From: an uncultured Gemmatimonadales bacterium
Lineage (GTDB): Bacteria; Gemmatimonadota; Gemmatimonadetes; Gemmatimonadales; GWC2-71-9
NCBI GenBank assembly: GCA_963695555.1
Contig: CAVOGR010000005.1
Coordinates: 256,001-320,000 of the forward strand
Direction: 5' to 3'
DNA: 64,000 nucleotides
Shown here: piece after piece, positions 33,507 to 44,077 of the stretch
Layout: every line of letters begins with the position of its first letter
How positions within the stretch are numbered: position 1 is the first letter of the stretch
Program-made: the position numbers and the translations under genes
The notes under the pieces: generated by a model
The model's database searches: none
Told to the model about the DNA's origin: nothing
Seen by the model: only the letters and a program-made list of their open reading frames with translations

Positions 33507-35005
33507 GGCCGATCGACCTGGCGACGCCGCTCGGGGCCACCTGGGCCCTGTTGCCCGAGATCATTCTCGCGACCGCGGCCATGGGGGTGCTGTTGGTGGT
33601 CGGGTGGCGCCATCGATCGGAGCAAGACAGCCGGCTGGCCGGCTGGCTCAGCCTGGGTGCGTTGCTGGTGAGCGGCGTGGGCTTGATGTACGTGTGGACG
33701 GAGGGTCTTTCCCCGATCGGGCTCGAGACCATGATCGCGGTCGACTCGTTCCGGTATGCGGCCAGTGCGCTCTTTCTCCTCTTTAGCGCCCTGACGATCG
33801 TGCTTTCCCTTGGCTACCTCGAGCGCGAGCGCATGTTGGCCCCCGAGTATTACTGTCTGATCCTGCTCTGTACGGCCGGCATGATGTTCCTCGGCGCCGC
33901 TGTCGACCTGATCGTGGTGTTTCTTGGCCTCGAAGTCATGTCCATCGCCGCCTACGTGCTGGCGGGCTACGACCGGCGGAGCATCTTCTCCGCAGAGGCC
34001 GGCCTCAAGTATTTCCTCGTGGGTGCGTTTGCCTCGGGCTTCCTGCTCTACGGCATCGCCCTGGTGTACGGCGCGACCGGCACCACCAACATCTTCTTGA
34101 TCGGCGCGCAGTTCTCGGGCGGACAGATTCCGGTGCTGGGTCTCCTCGGGCTGGGCCTTCTCCTCATCGGATTCGGCTTCAAAGTCTCGGCCGTTCCGTT
34201 CCACATGTGGGCGCCCGACGTGTACGATGGGGCGCCCACACCGGTCACGGGCCTCATGGCAACGGGAGTCAAGGCTGCTGCCTTCGTGGCGCTGGTTCGG
34301 CTTCTGATGCAGGCATTTCCGGGTGCCGAAAGCGTCTGGCAGCCCATCATCGGGACCTTGGCGATCGCCACCATGGTGGTGGGCAACCTGGTGGCGTTGG
34401 CCCAGCGATCGTTGAAGCGAATGCTGGCGTATAGCTCCGTGGCACACGCCGGCTACCTGCTGGTGGCCGTCTGGCCCGGCTCCCGGGCCGGTGCGGCAGC
34501 GCTCATCCTGTATCTCTTGGCCTACGGACTGACCACGCTCGCGACCTTCGGCTTCCTGGCGGCCCTCGGACGTCGCGGCGAACGGGATGTGACGCTGCAG
34601 AGTATTGCCGGCTTGAGTCGAAATCGTCCGTGGATGGCCTTCGGCCTGAGCGTGTGCATGATGTCGCTGCTCGGATTCCCCGGGACGTTCGGGTTCATGG
34701 CCAAGTGGCTGGTGTTGAGCAGCGTGGTCCTGGAGCAGCAGTGGGTCCTCGCCGTCGTCCTGGTGCTGGCCAGTGTCGTGTCCGCGGGCTATTACCTTCC
34801 CGTGGTCATGTCGATGTACATGAAGGAACCGGCCGGAGAAGACGTCCACCGCGACATCTACGTCCCCGGCCCGGCTATGGGAGTGTTGGTCGGCGCCGTC
34901 GGTGCGCTCCTCCTGTTCGGCGTGTGGCCCAGTGGGGTCATCGCGGTCGCGCTGAGAAGTGCGTTGCCCCTGTTGGAGCGTGCGTTGACCATCGCCGGTT
35001 CCTGA
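33503..35005 (+). CDS. nuoN: NADH-quinone oxidoreductase subunit N
   Basis: EAGLKYF, PFHMWAPDVYDGAP, KRMLAYSSVAHAGY. Confidence 0.97.
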   Translation: MRPIDLATPLGATWALLPEIILATAAMGVLLVVGWRHRSEQDSRLAGWLSLGALLVSGVGLMYVWTEGLSPIGLETMIAVDSFRYAASALFLLFSALTIVLSLGYLERERMLAPEYYCLILLCTAGMMFLGAAVDLIVVFLGLEVMSIAAYVLAGYDRRSIFSAEAGLKYFLVGAFASGFLLYGIALVYGATGTTNIFLIGAQFSGGQIPVLGLLGLGLLLIGFGFKVSAVPFHMWAPDVYDGAPTPVTGLMATGVKAAAFVALVRLLMQAFPGAESVWQPIIGTLAIATMVVGNLVALAQRSLKRMLAYSSVAHAGYLLVAVWPGSRAGAAALILYLLAYGLTTLATFGFLAALGRRGERDVTLQSIAGLSRNRPWMAFGLSVCMMSLLGFPGTFGFMAKWLVLSSVVLEQQWVLAVVLVLASVVSAGYYLPVVMSMYMKEPAGEDVHRDIYVPGPAMGVLVGAVGALLLFGVWPSGVIAVALRSALPLLERALTIAGS

Positions 35006-35067
35006 GACTTCCCCCAACCCAATGATGGCCGGTCCGACCGGCCATCGCTCGAGCGACAGGCGTTTCC

Positions 35068-36438
35068 ATGGACGTCCCTGCTTCCATCTTCCGAGAATAC
35101 GATGTCCGCGGTGTGATCGACCGCGAGCTGACACCCGAGTTTGCCGCCGCGCTGGGCCGGGCGTATGCCAGCATGGGGTGGACCCGGCTGAGCCGGAGTC
35201 CCGTCATTGCTGTTGGGCGGGACAATAGGCCGTCGGGACCCGCCTTGAGTGAAGGCCTTCGCCGAGGCCTGGCTGAGGCGGGCGCCACCGTGGTGGACGT
35301 GGGCATGCTGCCCACGCCGGCGCTCTATTTTGCGGTGGCCGAGTTGGGGCTGGACGGTGGGATCCAGGTCACCGGATCGCACAATCCGCCGGAATTCAAC
35401 GGATTCAAGATGGTATTCGGCGGCGATGCGCTGTTCGGGCATGAGATCCTGGCCCTGCGCGACGTGATTCTGGCCGAATCCTGGCGCGAAGGGCAGGGAA
35501 AGCAACTCAGCAACGCGTCCGTGCTGGTCCGCTACCGTGCGGCCATCACCGAGCGCAACCCGCTGGAGCGCCCGGTCCGTGTGGTGGTCGACTGCGGCAA
35601 CGGCGTCGGGAGCCTCGTCACCGTCGAGACCTTGCGCGGTCTAGGCGCGGAGGTCACGCCGCTGTTCTGCGAATCCGACGGCACGTTCCCGAACCATCAT
35701 CCCGACCCGACCGTCGTGGAAAACCTCACCGACTTGCAGGAAGAAGTGCGGCGCAGCAAGGCCGAGCTGGGCATTGCATTCGACGGGGACGCGGATCGGA
35801 TCGGCGCGGTGGATGAGACGGGCAAGGTCATCTTCGGCGATCAGCTCCTGGTTCTGTTTGGCCGTGACGCCGTCCGACGCTTCGGCCCGGGGTGTCAGGT
35901 CATCTTCGACGTGAAGTGCTCCGACGTGCTGCCCCAAGCGCTCATCGCGGCCGGCGCCGTACCGGTCATGTGGAAGACCGGCCACTCGCTGATCAAGGCC
36001 AAGATGAAGGAGCTCAAGGCCCCGCTCGCCGGAGAGATGAGCGGCCACATGTTCTTCGGCGGGGATTACTTCGGTTTCGATGACGCGCTCTTTGCCGCGG
36101 CCCGCCTGCTGGCTATCGTGTCGCGGACACCCGGTGGTGTCGGGCGTCTCCTTGCCGATCTGCCCGAGACCTTTGCGACGCCGGAAATCCGGGTCGAGTG
36201 CCCGGAGGAAAGGAAGTTCGCGCTGGTCGAAGCCGCGGTCGAACATTTCGGCCAGCTGCACGAGGTCAACACAATCGACGGGATCCGTATCACCCATCCG
36301 AAAGGGTGGGCGCTCCTACGCGCATCAAACACCCAGCCCGTGTTGGTGCTGCGATTCGAAGCAACCGAGCCTGCCGCGCTCGACACCTATCGGGATGAAG
36401 TCATGGGCTGGCTCAGAGACCAGGGCCTCGAGGTCTAA
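35068..36438 (+). CDS. Phosphomannomutase/phosphoglucomutase (AlgC-like)
   Basis: IFREYDVRG, TGSHNP, FPNHHPDP, FDGDADR, GEMSGH, RASNTQP. Confidence 0.95.
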   Translation: MDVPASIFREYDVRGVIDRELTPEFAAALGRAYASMGWTRLSRSPVIAVGRDNRPSGPALSEGLRRGLAEAGATVVDVGMLPTPALYFAVAELGLDGGIQVTGSHNPPEFNGFKMVFGGDALFGHEILALRDVILAESWREGQGKQLSNASVLVRYRAAITERNPLERPVRVVVDCGNGVGSLVTVETLRGLGAEVTPLFCESDGTFPNHHPDPTVVENLTDLQEEVRRSKAELGIAFDGDADRIGAVDETGKVIFGDQLLVLFGRDAVRRFGPGCQVIFDVKCSDVLPQALIAAGAVPVMWKTGHSLIKAKMKELKAPLAGEMSGHMFFGGDYFGFDDALFAAARLLAIVSRTPGGVGRLLADLPETFATPEIRVECPEERKFALVEAAVEHFGQLHEVNTIDGIRITHPKGWALLRASNTQPVLVLRFEATEPAALDTYRDEVMGWLRDQGLEV

Positions 36439-36442
36439 CTCG

Positions 36443-38890
36443 ATGGGGCGTCACGGTCGAGCCATCGCGACCGGCGCGGTGATCCTGGCCGTGGTGTTGT
36501 TTATCGGCCGGTGGTGCGCCGTGGTCTTGACCGATTACTGGTGGGGCGAGCAGATCGCCCCGGCAGCGGCCGCCTTCCTGTTGCAGATCCACTTGCTCCG
36601 ACTGTCATTGGACGCCCTGGCCGTCACGACGGCCGCAGCCTGGTTCATCGGCAATTTGTTCGTGGTATATCGTGCAGTGAGCGTGGTGCAAATTCCTCGC
36701 TACATGGCCAACCTCGAGATCCGTGAGGCGCTGACCCCGCGTCTGCTGGTGACCGGGGCAGTGGTCGCCGGCGGGGTCCTCGGCCTGGTGGTCGGGCACG
36801 GGGCCTCCACATGGTGGCCGACTGTTGCCGTCGCATGGCATGGGGCCGGCTATGGCATGACCGAGCCGCTGCTCAACCGAGACCTCGGTGTCTATGCTGC
36901 CCAGTTGCCGTTGTGGCGGCTGCTGCATGGCTACGCCCTTCTCCTCGCGATTCTCGGCCTGCTGCTGGTCATTGTGCTGTACCTGGTCGTCGGATCGGTT
37001 CGTTGGCGCGGCGGACGCCCCGCCATCAGCGACCATGCACGACGCCACGTCGGCCTCTTGTTCGTGGCCGTGGCCCTCTGCCTGGTGTGGGGGTACCTCC
37101 TCGAGCCGTATGAGCTCGTCGGCGGCATCAAGCGTCTGGATGACGCGGGGACGTGGGGAGCGCGCGTGTTCGGCGCCCAACTGCTGGCAGGTGTGGCCCT
37201 TGGCACGGCCGTCGCTTCGGCCATCTGGGCCTGGCGCCCACGGCACACATTGTTCCTCTCGCTCTGGGCCATCCTCGTTGCCACGTCGCTTGGCGTCCAC
37301 CTCGTGGCACCGGGGGTTTCCCGCGACGGGAATCCGGTCGTGTCCGAAGCAACTGCCCGAGCACTCGAAGCCATCGCCTTTGAGCTCCGCGGCCTGAATA
37401 CTCTGTCTGTGGCGCCACTGGAGTCGCCGGGGCCCGGGCGACCGCTCATGGCGTTGTGGGATACCCGCTCCGTTGCGCTGCTCGCCCCGGGACCGGACTC
37501 AGCAGAGTTGGTGGCGGTGAGCCCGGCCACCGTGTCGCTCGACGGTGTGCGCCGGCCGGTGTGGCTCATGGTGCGCGAGGCGCCGTCGGAGGCGACGCTC
37601 ATCTCGGCCATTGCCGGCGACCGCGCCGCCGCCAACGGAAGCGCCATGTCCTACCGGCTCGGCGACACCGTCGCCTATCCGTCGCTCACAACCATGCTCG
37701 AGCTGCCGCCCGGCGCACTCCATCCGTTGGCACGGCTGTACCGGGTGGATTCCTTGCGAGCCGGGTTCCGAGTGGATTCGTGGTTCAGGCGCGTGATGTT
37801 GGCCTGGGGACTGCAGGTCGGCAGCGTTCTCCGTGGTCTGCCCGACAATTCCACGATCACCTGGAACCTGGCCCCGGAGACACGTCTCCGCCGGCTGGCG
37901 CCGTTTGCGGAGTGGGATGCCCCCGTTCCCCGCGTGGTTGATGGGGAACTGATCTGGGTATCGACCGGCTACGTCCGTTCCGAAAGCTTTCCACTCGTTG
38001 CCGAGGAACACTGGCGCGGGTCGGACGTCCGGGTCGTGGCGGCGGGGTTTCTCGGGACCGTGCACAGCCTTACCGGCGAAACCCATGTCTATCACCGGCA
38101 GCCCAACGATCCGCTCTCAGCCGCATGGGCCAGCCTGGCGCCGGGAGTCGTGGAGCCAGCGACGGCCATTCCGGGTTCGGTCGAGCGGGTCGCGCCCTAT
38201 CCCGCGGAGTTGTTTCGAATGCAAGCGCGGGTGCTCGAGCGACCAGCGTGGGGACTGGGCCGACAGGTTCAGGCCCGGGGCACGCCGGCCTCACCGGCGG
38301 ATGCGTCGGTCACGTGGGCAGGGACCAGCGAGCAACCGGCCATGACTGCGGCCTACGCCCAACCGGGGAAACGCCTCGTCAGCGCGGTACTGGAGGGCTC
38401 GCGTGATGGGCGAGACGTGCTCCGGCTGGCATATCTCGACAGTGTGGCGGGCACGGCGCTGCCGCAGGTGCTCGAGGCGCGGTGGCAGCGCTTTCCGCTC
38501 TACGAGCAGATTCGCGACTCGGTGATCGCGGATGGTGCCGAGTTTGCGACCGGGCCTGTTCGGTACAGCTTGTTCATGGGCGGCGTGTTGGCGACCCAGG
38601 CGTACTTCGGCCGACGGGGCGCGACCGGCCGGCCGCAATTGACCTGGACGGCAGTCGGCTATCACGAGCGCCTCGGCGCTGGCCGCAACGCGGACGAAGC
38701 CTGGACCAACATGTTGGGCGAATCGGCTCCGGCGCCGCCGGGGCTTGGGCCGGTCAGTCGGTTCGAGGAAGCGCGGCGCTGGATGGTGCGCGCCGACTCG
38801 GCCCTTCGCACCGGCCGGTGGGAGGATTTCGGAACGGCTTTCGAGTCGCTCCGACGCGTGTTCGAGGTGCGGCGTGACAGCGCGCGTTAG
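36443..38890 (+). CDS. UPF0182 family membrane protein (divergent)
   Basis: N-terminal multi-pass region with EPLLNRDLGVY..QLP and AISDHARRH; soluble C-terminal part with LAPF.EWD, GELIW, YPAELFRMQA; ends with G.WEDFG. Confidence 0.75.
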   Translation: MGRHGRAIATGAVILAVVLFIGRWCAVVLTDYWWGEQIAPAAAAFLLQIHLLRLSLDALAVTTAAAWFIGNLFVVYRAVSVVQIPRYMANLEIREALTPRLLVTGAVVAGGVLGLVVGHGASTWWPTVAVAWHGAGYGMTEPLLNRDLGVYAAQLPLWRLLHGYALLLAILGLLLVIVLYLVVGSVRWRGGRPAISDHARRHVGLLFVAVALCLVWGYLLEPYELVGGIKRLDDAGTWGARVFGAQLLAGVALGTAVASAIWAWRPRHTLFLSLWAILVATSLGVHLVAPGVSRDGNPVVSEATARALEAIAFELRGLNTLSVAPLESPGPGRPLMALWDTRSVALLAPGPDSAELVAVSPATVSLDGVRRPVWLMVREAPSEATLISAIAGDRAAANGSAMSYRLGDTVAYPSLTTMLELPPGALHPLARLYRVDSLRAGFRVDSWFRRVMLAWGLQVGSVLRGLPDNSTITWNLAPETRLRRLAPFAEWDAPVPRVVDGELIWVSTGYVRSESFPLVAEEHWRGSDVRVVAAGFLGTVHSLTGETHVYHRQPNDPLSAAWASLAPGVVEPATAIPGSVERVAPYPAELFRMQARVLERPAWGLGRQVQARGTPASPADASVTWAGTSEQPAMTAAYAQPGKRLVSAVLEGSRDGRDVLRLAYLDSVAGTALPQVLEARWQRFPLYEQIRDSVIADGAEFATGPVRYSLFMGGVLATQAYFGRRGATGRPQLTWTAVGYHERLGAGRNADEAWTNMLGESAPAPPGLGPVSRFEEARRWMVRADSALRTGRWEDFGTAFESLRRVFEVRRDSAR

Positions 38891-38929
38891 GTTCCCCTTG
38901 CGTTCGGCCTGGACTAGGTTCCGGACCCC

Positions 38930-39904
38930 GTGACGAAGCAATCTACGGCTGAGCCGTCCCGCACCGTGGTCGTTGCACTGGGTGGCAATGCGCTGGCCCC
39001 GGAGTCCTCGGCCTCCAGCATAACGGCTCAGTTCCGGCATTCGCGCGCAAGCGTCCTTCCCCTGATCCAATTTGCCCAGGAAGGCTGGCACATCGCGCTG
39101 GTCCACGGCAACGGGCCGCAGGTGGGCGATGAGCTGGTGCGCCAGGAACTGGCGCGGCACGTGGCGGAGCCGCTGCCGTTGGGTGTGCTCGTTGCGGGGA
39201 CCGCAGGCTGGCTGGGCTACATGCTCCAACAGGTGATCCAAAACCAGCTCGAGAAAGTTGGCATCGTGCGTGAGGTGGTCACGCTAATCACGCAGACCAT
39301 CGTCGACCCGAACGACCCGCTGCTCGCGCGGCCAACAAAGCCGATCGGACATGCGCTGAGCAAGGAGGACGCGGAGGCCATGCAGCGTAATGGTGTGGCG
39401 GTGGGGAAGGACGGTGCCGGGGATTGGCGGCGGCTGGCTTCGAGCCCGCGCCCACTGAGTGTGGTCGAAGCGCCGCTGGTCAAGCGCCTGGTGGAGGCGG
39501 GAGTGATTGTTATCGCGGCGGGCGGAGGCGGGCCAGCGGTCTATCATCATCCGGTCACCGGCTACGAGGGCCTCGACGTGGTCGTGGACAAGGACCGCGT
39601 AGCGACCGTCCTGGCGACCGAGCTTGGCGCCGAGGTCCTGCTCATCCTGACCGATGTCGATGCGGTGTATCGAAATTGGAAGACACCTGAGGCAGAGCCC
39701 ATCCGTGGCATGTCACTGGCCGAGGCTGAGGCCATGCTCGAAGACGGGAGTTTGGGTGAGGGTGGTATGCGGCCCAAGGTCGAGGCCGCGGTCGGATTCG
39801 TGCGTGCCCGCGGGGTCGGTGCCCGGGCCATCATTGCCCATTTGGCGCATGGATCGGAGGCGCTGAGGGGCGAAACAGGAACAATCATCCAGAGGGAGTC
39901 GTGA
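38930..39904 (+). CDS. arcC: Carbamate kinase
   Basis: VVALGGNAL, HGNGPQVG, PTKPIG, WRR..SPRP, GGGGP, VVDKD, LTDVDAVY, GMRPKVEAA. Confidence 0.93.
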   Translation: MTKQSTAEPSRTVVVALGGNALAPESSASSITAQFRHSRASVLPLIQFAQEGWHIALVHGNGPQVGDELVRQELARHVAEPLPLGVLVAGTAGWLGYMLQQVIQNQLEKVGIVREVVTLITQTIVDPNDPLLARPTKPIGHALSKEDAEAMQRNGVAVGKDGAGDWRRLASSPRPLSVVEAPLVKRLVEAGVIVIAAGGGGPAVYHHPVTGYEGLDVVVDKDRVATVLATELGAEVLLILTDVDAVYRNWKTPEAEPIRGMSLAEAEAMLEDGSLGEGGMRPKVEAAVGFVRARGVGARAIIAHLAHGSEALRGETGTIIQRES

Positions 39905-41040
39905 ACCTACACGAATATCAAGCGCGGACGCTCTTCCACGCAGCCGGGATTCCAACGCTGGGCGGAGACGTGGCATCCACGCCGGCGGAGGCTGAGGAAA
40001 TCGCACGCGGCTTGGGCAAGAGCGTCGTGGTCAAGGCACAGGTCCATGCGGGCGGGCGGGGCAAGGCCGGCGGGGTCAAGCTGGCGGCCACTCCCTCCGA
40101 GGCGGGCATGTGGGCGGAAAAGATCCTGGCGCTCACCATCAAGGGACTGCCGGTCAAGCGGGTATTGGTGGTGCCGGCCGCCGAGATTGCGAGCGAAACC
40201 TACGTTGGGCTGATCATGGATCGGGAGACGCAGCGTCCGGTGTTCATGGTGAGTGCCGCCGGCGGTGTCGACATCGAGGAGGTCGCGGCAAAGACCCCCG
40301 AGAAGATCACTCGCTTGGCGGTCGATCCGCGTTACGGCTTGCTGCCGCATCAGGCAATGGGGCTCGCCTTCACGCTGTACCAGGATTTCGGCCAGGTGCG
40401 GGCGGCGGCCAAGATCATGGGCCAGCTCTATCAGGCCTTCGTGGACAACGGCGCGTCGTTGGCGGAGATCAACCCGTTAGTGGCCACGGCGAGCGGTCAG
40501 ATTCTCGCGCTCGACGCCAAAGTAGTGCTCGACGATAACGAGGTGGAGCGCCGGCCTGATCTGGAGGCTCTGCGGGATGAGTCGGCTGAAGATCCCAGCG
40601 AGGTCGCAGCGCGGCAGGCAGGGCTGTCGTTCATCAAGCTGAGCGGCAATGTCGGGTGCGTGGTGAACGGTGCCGGGCTGGCCATGGCGACGATGGACCT
40701 GGTCAAGTATTACGGGGGGGAACCTGCCAACTTCCTCGACATTGGCGGCAGCTCCAATCCCGACAAGGTGGTCAATGCGCTGCGCATCATCACCACCGAC
40801 CGGGACGTGAAGGCGATCCTGTTCAATATCTTCGGCGGCATCACCAGGACCGACGACGTGGCCAACGGCATCGTCGCGGCCACGAGAGAATTCCAGGTCG
40901 GCGTCCCGATCGTCATCCGACTGACCGGCACGAACGAGGCCGAAGCGATCGAGATTCTGCGAGGCGTTGGGATGACGGCCTTGAACGACATGGATGAAGC
41001 GGTCCAGCAGGTGGTGAAGCTCGTAAAGGAGGCGGCGTGA
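39901..41040 (+). CDS. sucC: Succinyl-CoA synthetase beta subunit
   Basis: [48 protein letters not shown]. Confidence 0.98.
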   Translation: MNLHEYQARTLFHAAGIPTLGGDVASTPAEAEEIARGLGKSVVVKAQVHAGGRGKAGGVKLAATPSEAGMWAEKILALTIKGLPVKRVLVVPAAEIASETYVGLIMDRETQRPVFMVSAAGGVDIEEVAAKTPEKITRLAVDPRYGLLPHQAMGLAFTLYQDFGQVRAAAKIMGQLYQAFVDNGASLAEINPLVATASGQILALDAKVVLDDNEVERRPDLEALRDESAEDPSEVAARQAGLSFIKLSGNVGCVVNGAGLAMATMDLVKYYGGEPANFLDIGGSSNPDKVVNALRIITTDRDVKAILFNIFGGITRTDDVANGIVAATREFQVGVPIVIRLTGTNEAEAIEILRGVGMTALNDMDEAVQQVVKLVKEAA

Positions 41041-41906
41041 GCATCTTTGTCGACCAATCCACTCGACTGTGCGTCCAAGGCATCACCGGCCGCGACGGAT
41101 CGTTTCATGCCAAGCAGATGTTGGAGTACGGCACGCCCGTGGTTGCCGGGGTCACGCCGGGCAAGGGTGGGCAACGGTTCGAAGGCTCGGTGCCGGTGTT
41201 CGACACTGTGGCCGAGGCGGTTCGGGAGACTGGGGCCAACACCTCCGTCCTCTATGTGCCGCCGGGGTTGGCTGCGGGGGCCATCTACGAGGCGGCCGAT
41301 GCCGGTATCGACCTCGTCGTCTGTATCACGGAAGGCATTCCCGTGTTGGACATGACCCGGGTGATGCTGTTCCTGAAGGAACGCGGAACGCGCCTGGTCG
41401 GCCCGAATTGTCCAGGCGTGATCACACCGGGGGTGGCCAAGGTAGGCATCATTCCCGGGAATATCTGCGCCTCGGGTCGGGTCGGGCTCGTGTCACGAAG
41501 CGGCACCCTCACCTATGAGGTGGTGCACCATCTGACGCGCAATGGCTTGGGCCAAAGCACCTGTGTCGGCATCGGTGGCGATCCGGTGATCGGCACCAAC
41601 TTCATCGATTGCCTCCGAGCCTTCGAGGACGATCCGGCCACGGACGCCATTGTGATCATCGGCGAGATCGGCGGCACGGATGAGCAGAATGCGGCTACGT
41701 TCGTCTCCAAGCATGTCACCAAGCCAGTCGTCGGTTTTATTGCCGGCCAGACCGCGCCGAAGGGACGGCGCATGGGGCACGCAGGCGCCATCATCTCGGG
41801 ATCGTCGGGCACGGCGGCCGAGAAGATCGCGGCGTTCGAGGCGGCGGGGATTGCCGTGATGAAGCGGCCGGCCGAGGTCGTGACCCTGCTTCAAGGCAAG
41901 CTCTAA
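41037..41906 (+). CDS. sucD: Succinyl-CoA synthetase alpha subunit
   Basis: [28 protein letters not shown]. Confidence 0.98.
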   Translation: MSIFVDQSTRLCVQGITGRDGSFHAKQMLEYGTPVVAGVTPGKGGQRFEGSVPVFDTVAEAVRETGANTSVLYVPPGLAAGAIYEAADAGIDLVVCITEGIPVLDMTRVMLFLKERGTRLVGPNCPGVITPGVAKVGIIPGNICASGRVGLVSRSGTLTYEVVHHLTRNGLGQSTCVGIGGDPVIGTNFIDCLRAFEDDPATDAIVIIGEIGGTDEQNAATFVSKHVTKPVVGFIAGQTAPKGRRMGHAGAIISGSSGTAAEKIAAFEAAGIAVMKRPAEVVTLLQGKL

Positions 41907-41909
41907 ACC

Positions 41910-42365
41910 ATGAGGAACACCGTGGCAACGATGACGCTTGGAATTGTGAAACCCGACGCGGTGGGGGCCGGACGTGCCGGCCTCATCCTGGCGCACCTCG
42001 AGCGCGACGGGTTCGTGGTGCGCGCGGCGCGGCTGGTGCAGCTCACGCGGGCCGAGGCCGAAGCCTTCTACGAAGTTCACCGCGGCCGACCGTTCTATGG
42101 CGAGCTGGTAGAGTTCATGACGAGCGGCCCGTGCCTGCCCATGGCGTTGGAGCGGAGCGACGCGGTGGCCCGGCTCCGGGCCGTGATCGGCGCCACCGAC
42201 CCGGCCGAGGCCGACGAGGGCACCATTCGGAAGCTGTACGCCGAATCGAAGGGCCGGAACGCCATTCACGCGTCGGACAGCCCGGAGAATGCCGCACGGG
42301 AGGTTCTGTTCTTCTTTGCCGAGGGCGAGTTGGCGCGGCTCGGCCCGAAATCGGGGATTTCTTGA
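41910..42365 (+). CDS. ndk: Nucleoside-diphosphate kinase
   Basis: IVKPDAV, FYEVHRGRPF, GATDP, NAIHASDS. Confidence 0.97.
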   Translation: MRNTVATMTLGIVKPDAVGAGRAGLILAHLERDGFVVRAARLVQLTRAEAEAFYEVHRGRPFYGELVEFMTSGPCLPMALERSDAVARLRAVIGATDPAEADEGTIRKLYAESKGRNAIHASDSPENAAREVLFFFAEGELARLGPKSGIS

Positions 42366-42390
42366 CGTAAGTTCTGTAGCCAGCTACGTT
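42362..42390 (+). promoter_or_regulatory. Putative sigma70 promoter of the yceD-rpmF-plsX-fab operon
   Basis: TTGACG-N17-TACGTT. Confidence 0.6.
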
Positions 42391-42398
42391 TAGTGGCT

Positions 42399-42869
42399 AT
42401 GCTTCGGGTTCCAATCCGGCAGCTTGGGCTCGGCCCCGTCGAGACGGACGGACGGCTCGAACCAGGCGACCCGTTGTTCGCGGGGCTCGACTTCGAGCTC
42501 GACGGGCCGATCGACGTGGCGGGCCGCCTCACGAGTACGGCCGAGGGCGAGGTCGTGTGGCACGCCACGATCTCCGTTCGGGCGCGTGCCGCATGCCGCC
42601 GCTGTCTGGCCGATGTACCGGTGCCGCTCGCGATCGACGTCGATGCCCTGTTCAGCGCGGACCCCGATGTGCTCGATGACCCGGCGGTGTACCCGATGCC
42701 TGAGCGCGCGACGCACCTCGACGTGACCGAGGCCGTGCGTGAGGAAGTCGCGCTCGCCATGCCGGCGTTTAGTTTGTGTCGTGACGACTGTGCCGGGCTG
42801 TGCCCGATATGCGGTACCGATCTCAACGTGGAGGTCTGCGAGTGCGCTGCCTCCACCCGACCTTCATGA
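42399..42869 (+). CDS. yceD: YceD/DUF177 family protein
   Basis: CRRCL, LCRDDCAGLCPICGTDLN; directly upstream of rpmF. Confidence 0.92.
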   Translation: MLRVPIRQLGLGPVETDGRLEPGDPLFAGLDFELDGPIDVAGRLTSTAEGEVVWHATISVRARAACRRCLADVPVPLAIDVDALFSADPDVLDDPAVYPMPERATHLDVTEAVREEVALAMPAFSLCRDDCAGLCPICGTDLNVEVCECAASTRPS

Positions 42870-42878
42870 GGCGATTCC

Positions 42879-43061
42879 ATGGCGGTTCCCAAGCGACGGA
42901 CCTCGAAGTCGCGTAAGCGGCTGCGCCGAGGCCACCATACCGGGGCGGGTGTCATGCCCCAATTGTGCCCGCGCTGCGGGGAGCCAAAGCGCTCCCATCG
43001 CGTGTGCAGCACCTGTGGATACTATCGCGGCAAGCGGGTCCTCGAGGTCGAGGATAGCTGA
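42879..43061 (+). CDS. rpmF: 50S ribosomal protein L32 (zinc-binding type)
   Basis: [27 protein letters not shown]. Confidence 0.98.
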   Translation: MAVPKRRTSKSRKRLRRGHHTGAGVMPQLCPRCGEPKRSHRVCSTCGYYRGKRVLEVEDS

Positions 43062-43063
43062 GG

Positions 43064-44077
43064 GTGATTCGCGTCGCGCTCGACGCCATGGGGGGCGACG
43101 ATGCCCCTCGTATTGAGGTAGAGGGCGCGCTCGAAGCCCTTGCGTCACTTCCGGATACCTTCCGCATTCAGTTGCTGGGTCCGGTCGCGGCCATCGAAGG
43201 CGAGCTGGGCAAGTATCCGGACGCCGACCGGTCCCGGATCGAAATTCACGACGCTCCCGACATCATCACCATGAGCGACCAGCCGCTGCATGCCATCCGG
43301 CGGAAGCGGCACTCCGGCGTCGTGGTGGGGCTCGAACTCCAGAAGTCCGGGCGTTCCGACGCATTTGTCTCTGCCGGCAACACCGGAGCCATCCTGGCGG
43401 GATCGACCCTCCTGCTCGGGCTGCACGACGGGGTGGAGCGGGCCACCGTTGCCACGCCATTTCCCACGGCGGGACAACCGGTACTCGTGCTCGACGCCGG
43501 GGCCAACGTGGATTGCTCCGTCAAGGAGTTGATGGGGTTCGCGTACCTCGGTACGGTCTACATGCGCGACATTCTCGGCCTGGCCAATCCGTCCGTGGGC
43601 CTCCTCAACATCGGCGAAGAGGACGGAAAGGGAAATGCGATCTCCCGCGAGGTGAACACCGCGCTCAAGGGCTCGACCGGCCTCAACTACATCGGTAACA
43701 TCGAGGGCCGAGACATTTTGGCCGGACACTCGAAGTTCGGCCACGTCGACGTCGTGGTGTGTGACGGGTTCGTCGGCAATGTCGTCCTCAAGTTCTATGA
43801 GTCGGTGGCCAGACTCATCTTCGGATTGGTCCGCGGCAAGGCTCCCGACCTGCTCCAACGGGACGACGTCCGGGAGATATTCCGCATCCTGGACTATTCC
43901 GAGTACGGCGGGGCGCCGCTGTTGGGTATTCAGGGGGTCACGATCATCTGCCACGGCGGATCGACCTCGAATGCCATCAAGAACGCCATTCGGGTCGCCG
44001 TGCAGGCGGTCGAGGCCGGCTTGAGCGGTCATATCGCCGCCGAGTTCGCCTCGCGAGAGGCACTGGCCGGGCCATGA
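43064..44077 (+). CDS. plsX: Phosphate acyltransferase
   Basis: ALDAMGGD, SAGNTGA, LDAGAN, LLNIGEE, VCDGFVGN, GGAPLLG. Confidence 0.97.
   Translation: MIRVALDAMGGDDAPRIEVEGALEALASLPDTFRIQLLGPVAAIEGELGKYPDADRSRIEIHDAPDIITMSDQPLHAIRRKRHSGVVVGLELQKSGRSDAFVSAGNTGAILAGSTLLLGLHDGVERATVATPFPTAGQPVLVLDAGANVDCSVKELMGFAYLGTVYMRDILGLANPSVGLLNIGEEDGKGNAISREVNTALKGSTGLNYIGNIEGRDILAGHSKFGHVDVVVCDGFVGNVVLKFYESVARLIFGLVRGKAPDLLQRDDVREIFRILDYSEYGGAPLLGIQGVTIICHGGSTSNAIKNAIRVAVQAVEAGLSGHIAAEFASREALAGP

Noticed and set aside
22387..35134. Long minus-strand ORFs (22387-24033, 25711-27180, 29779-31860, 33416-35134 and others)
   Set aside because: They are antisense shadows of well-conserved nuo genes, expected from high-GC codon bias, and show no recognisable motifs.
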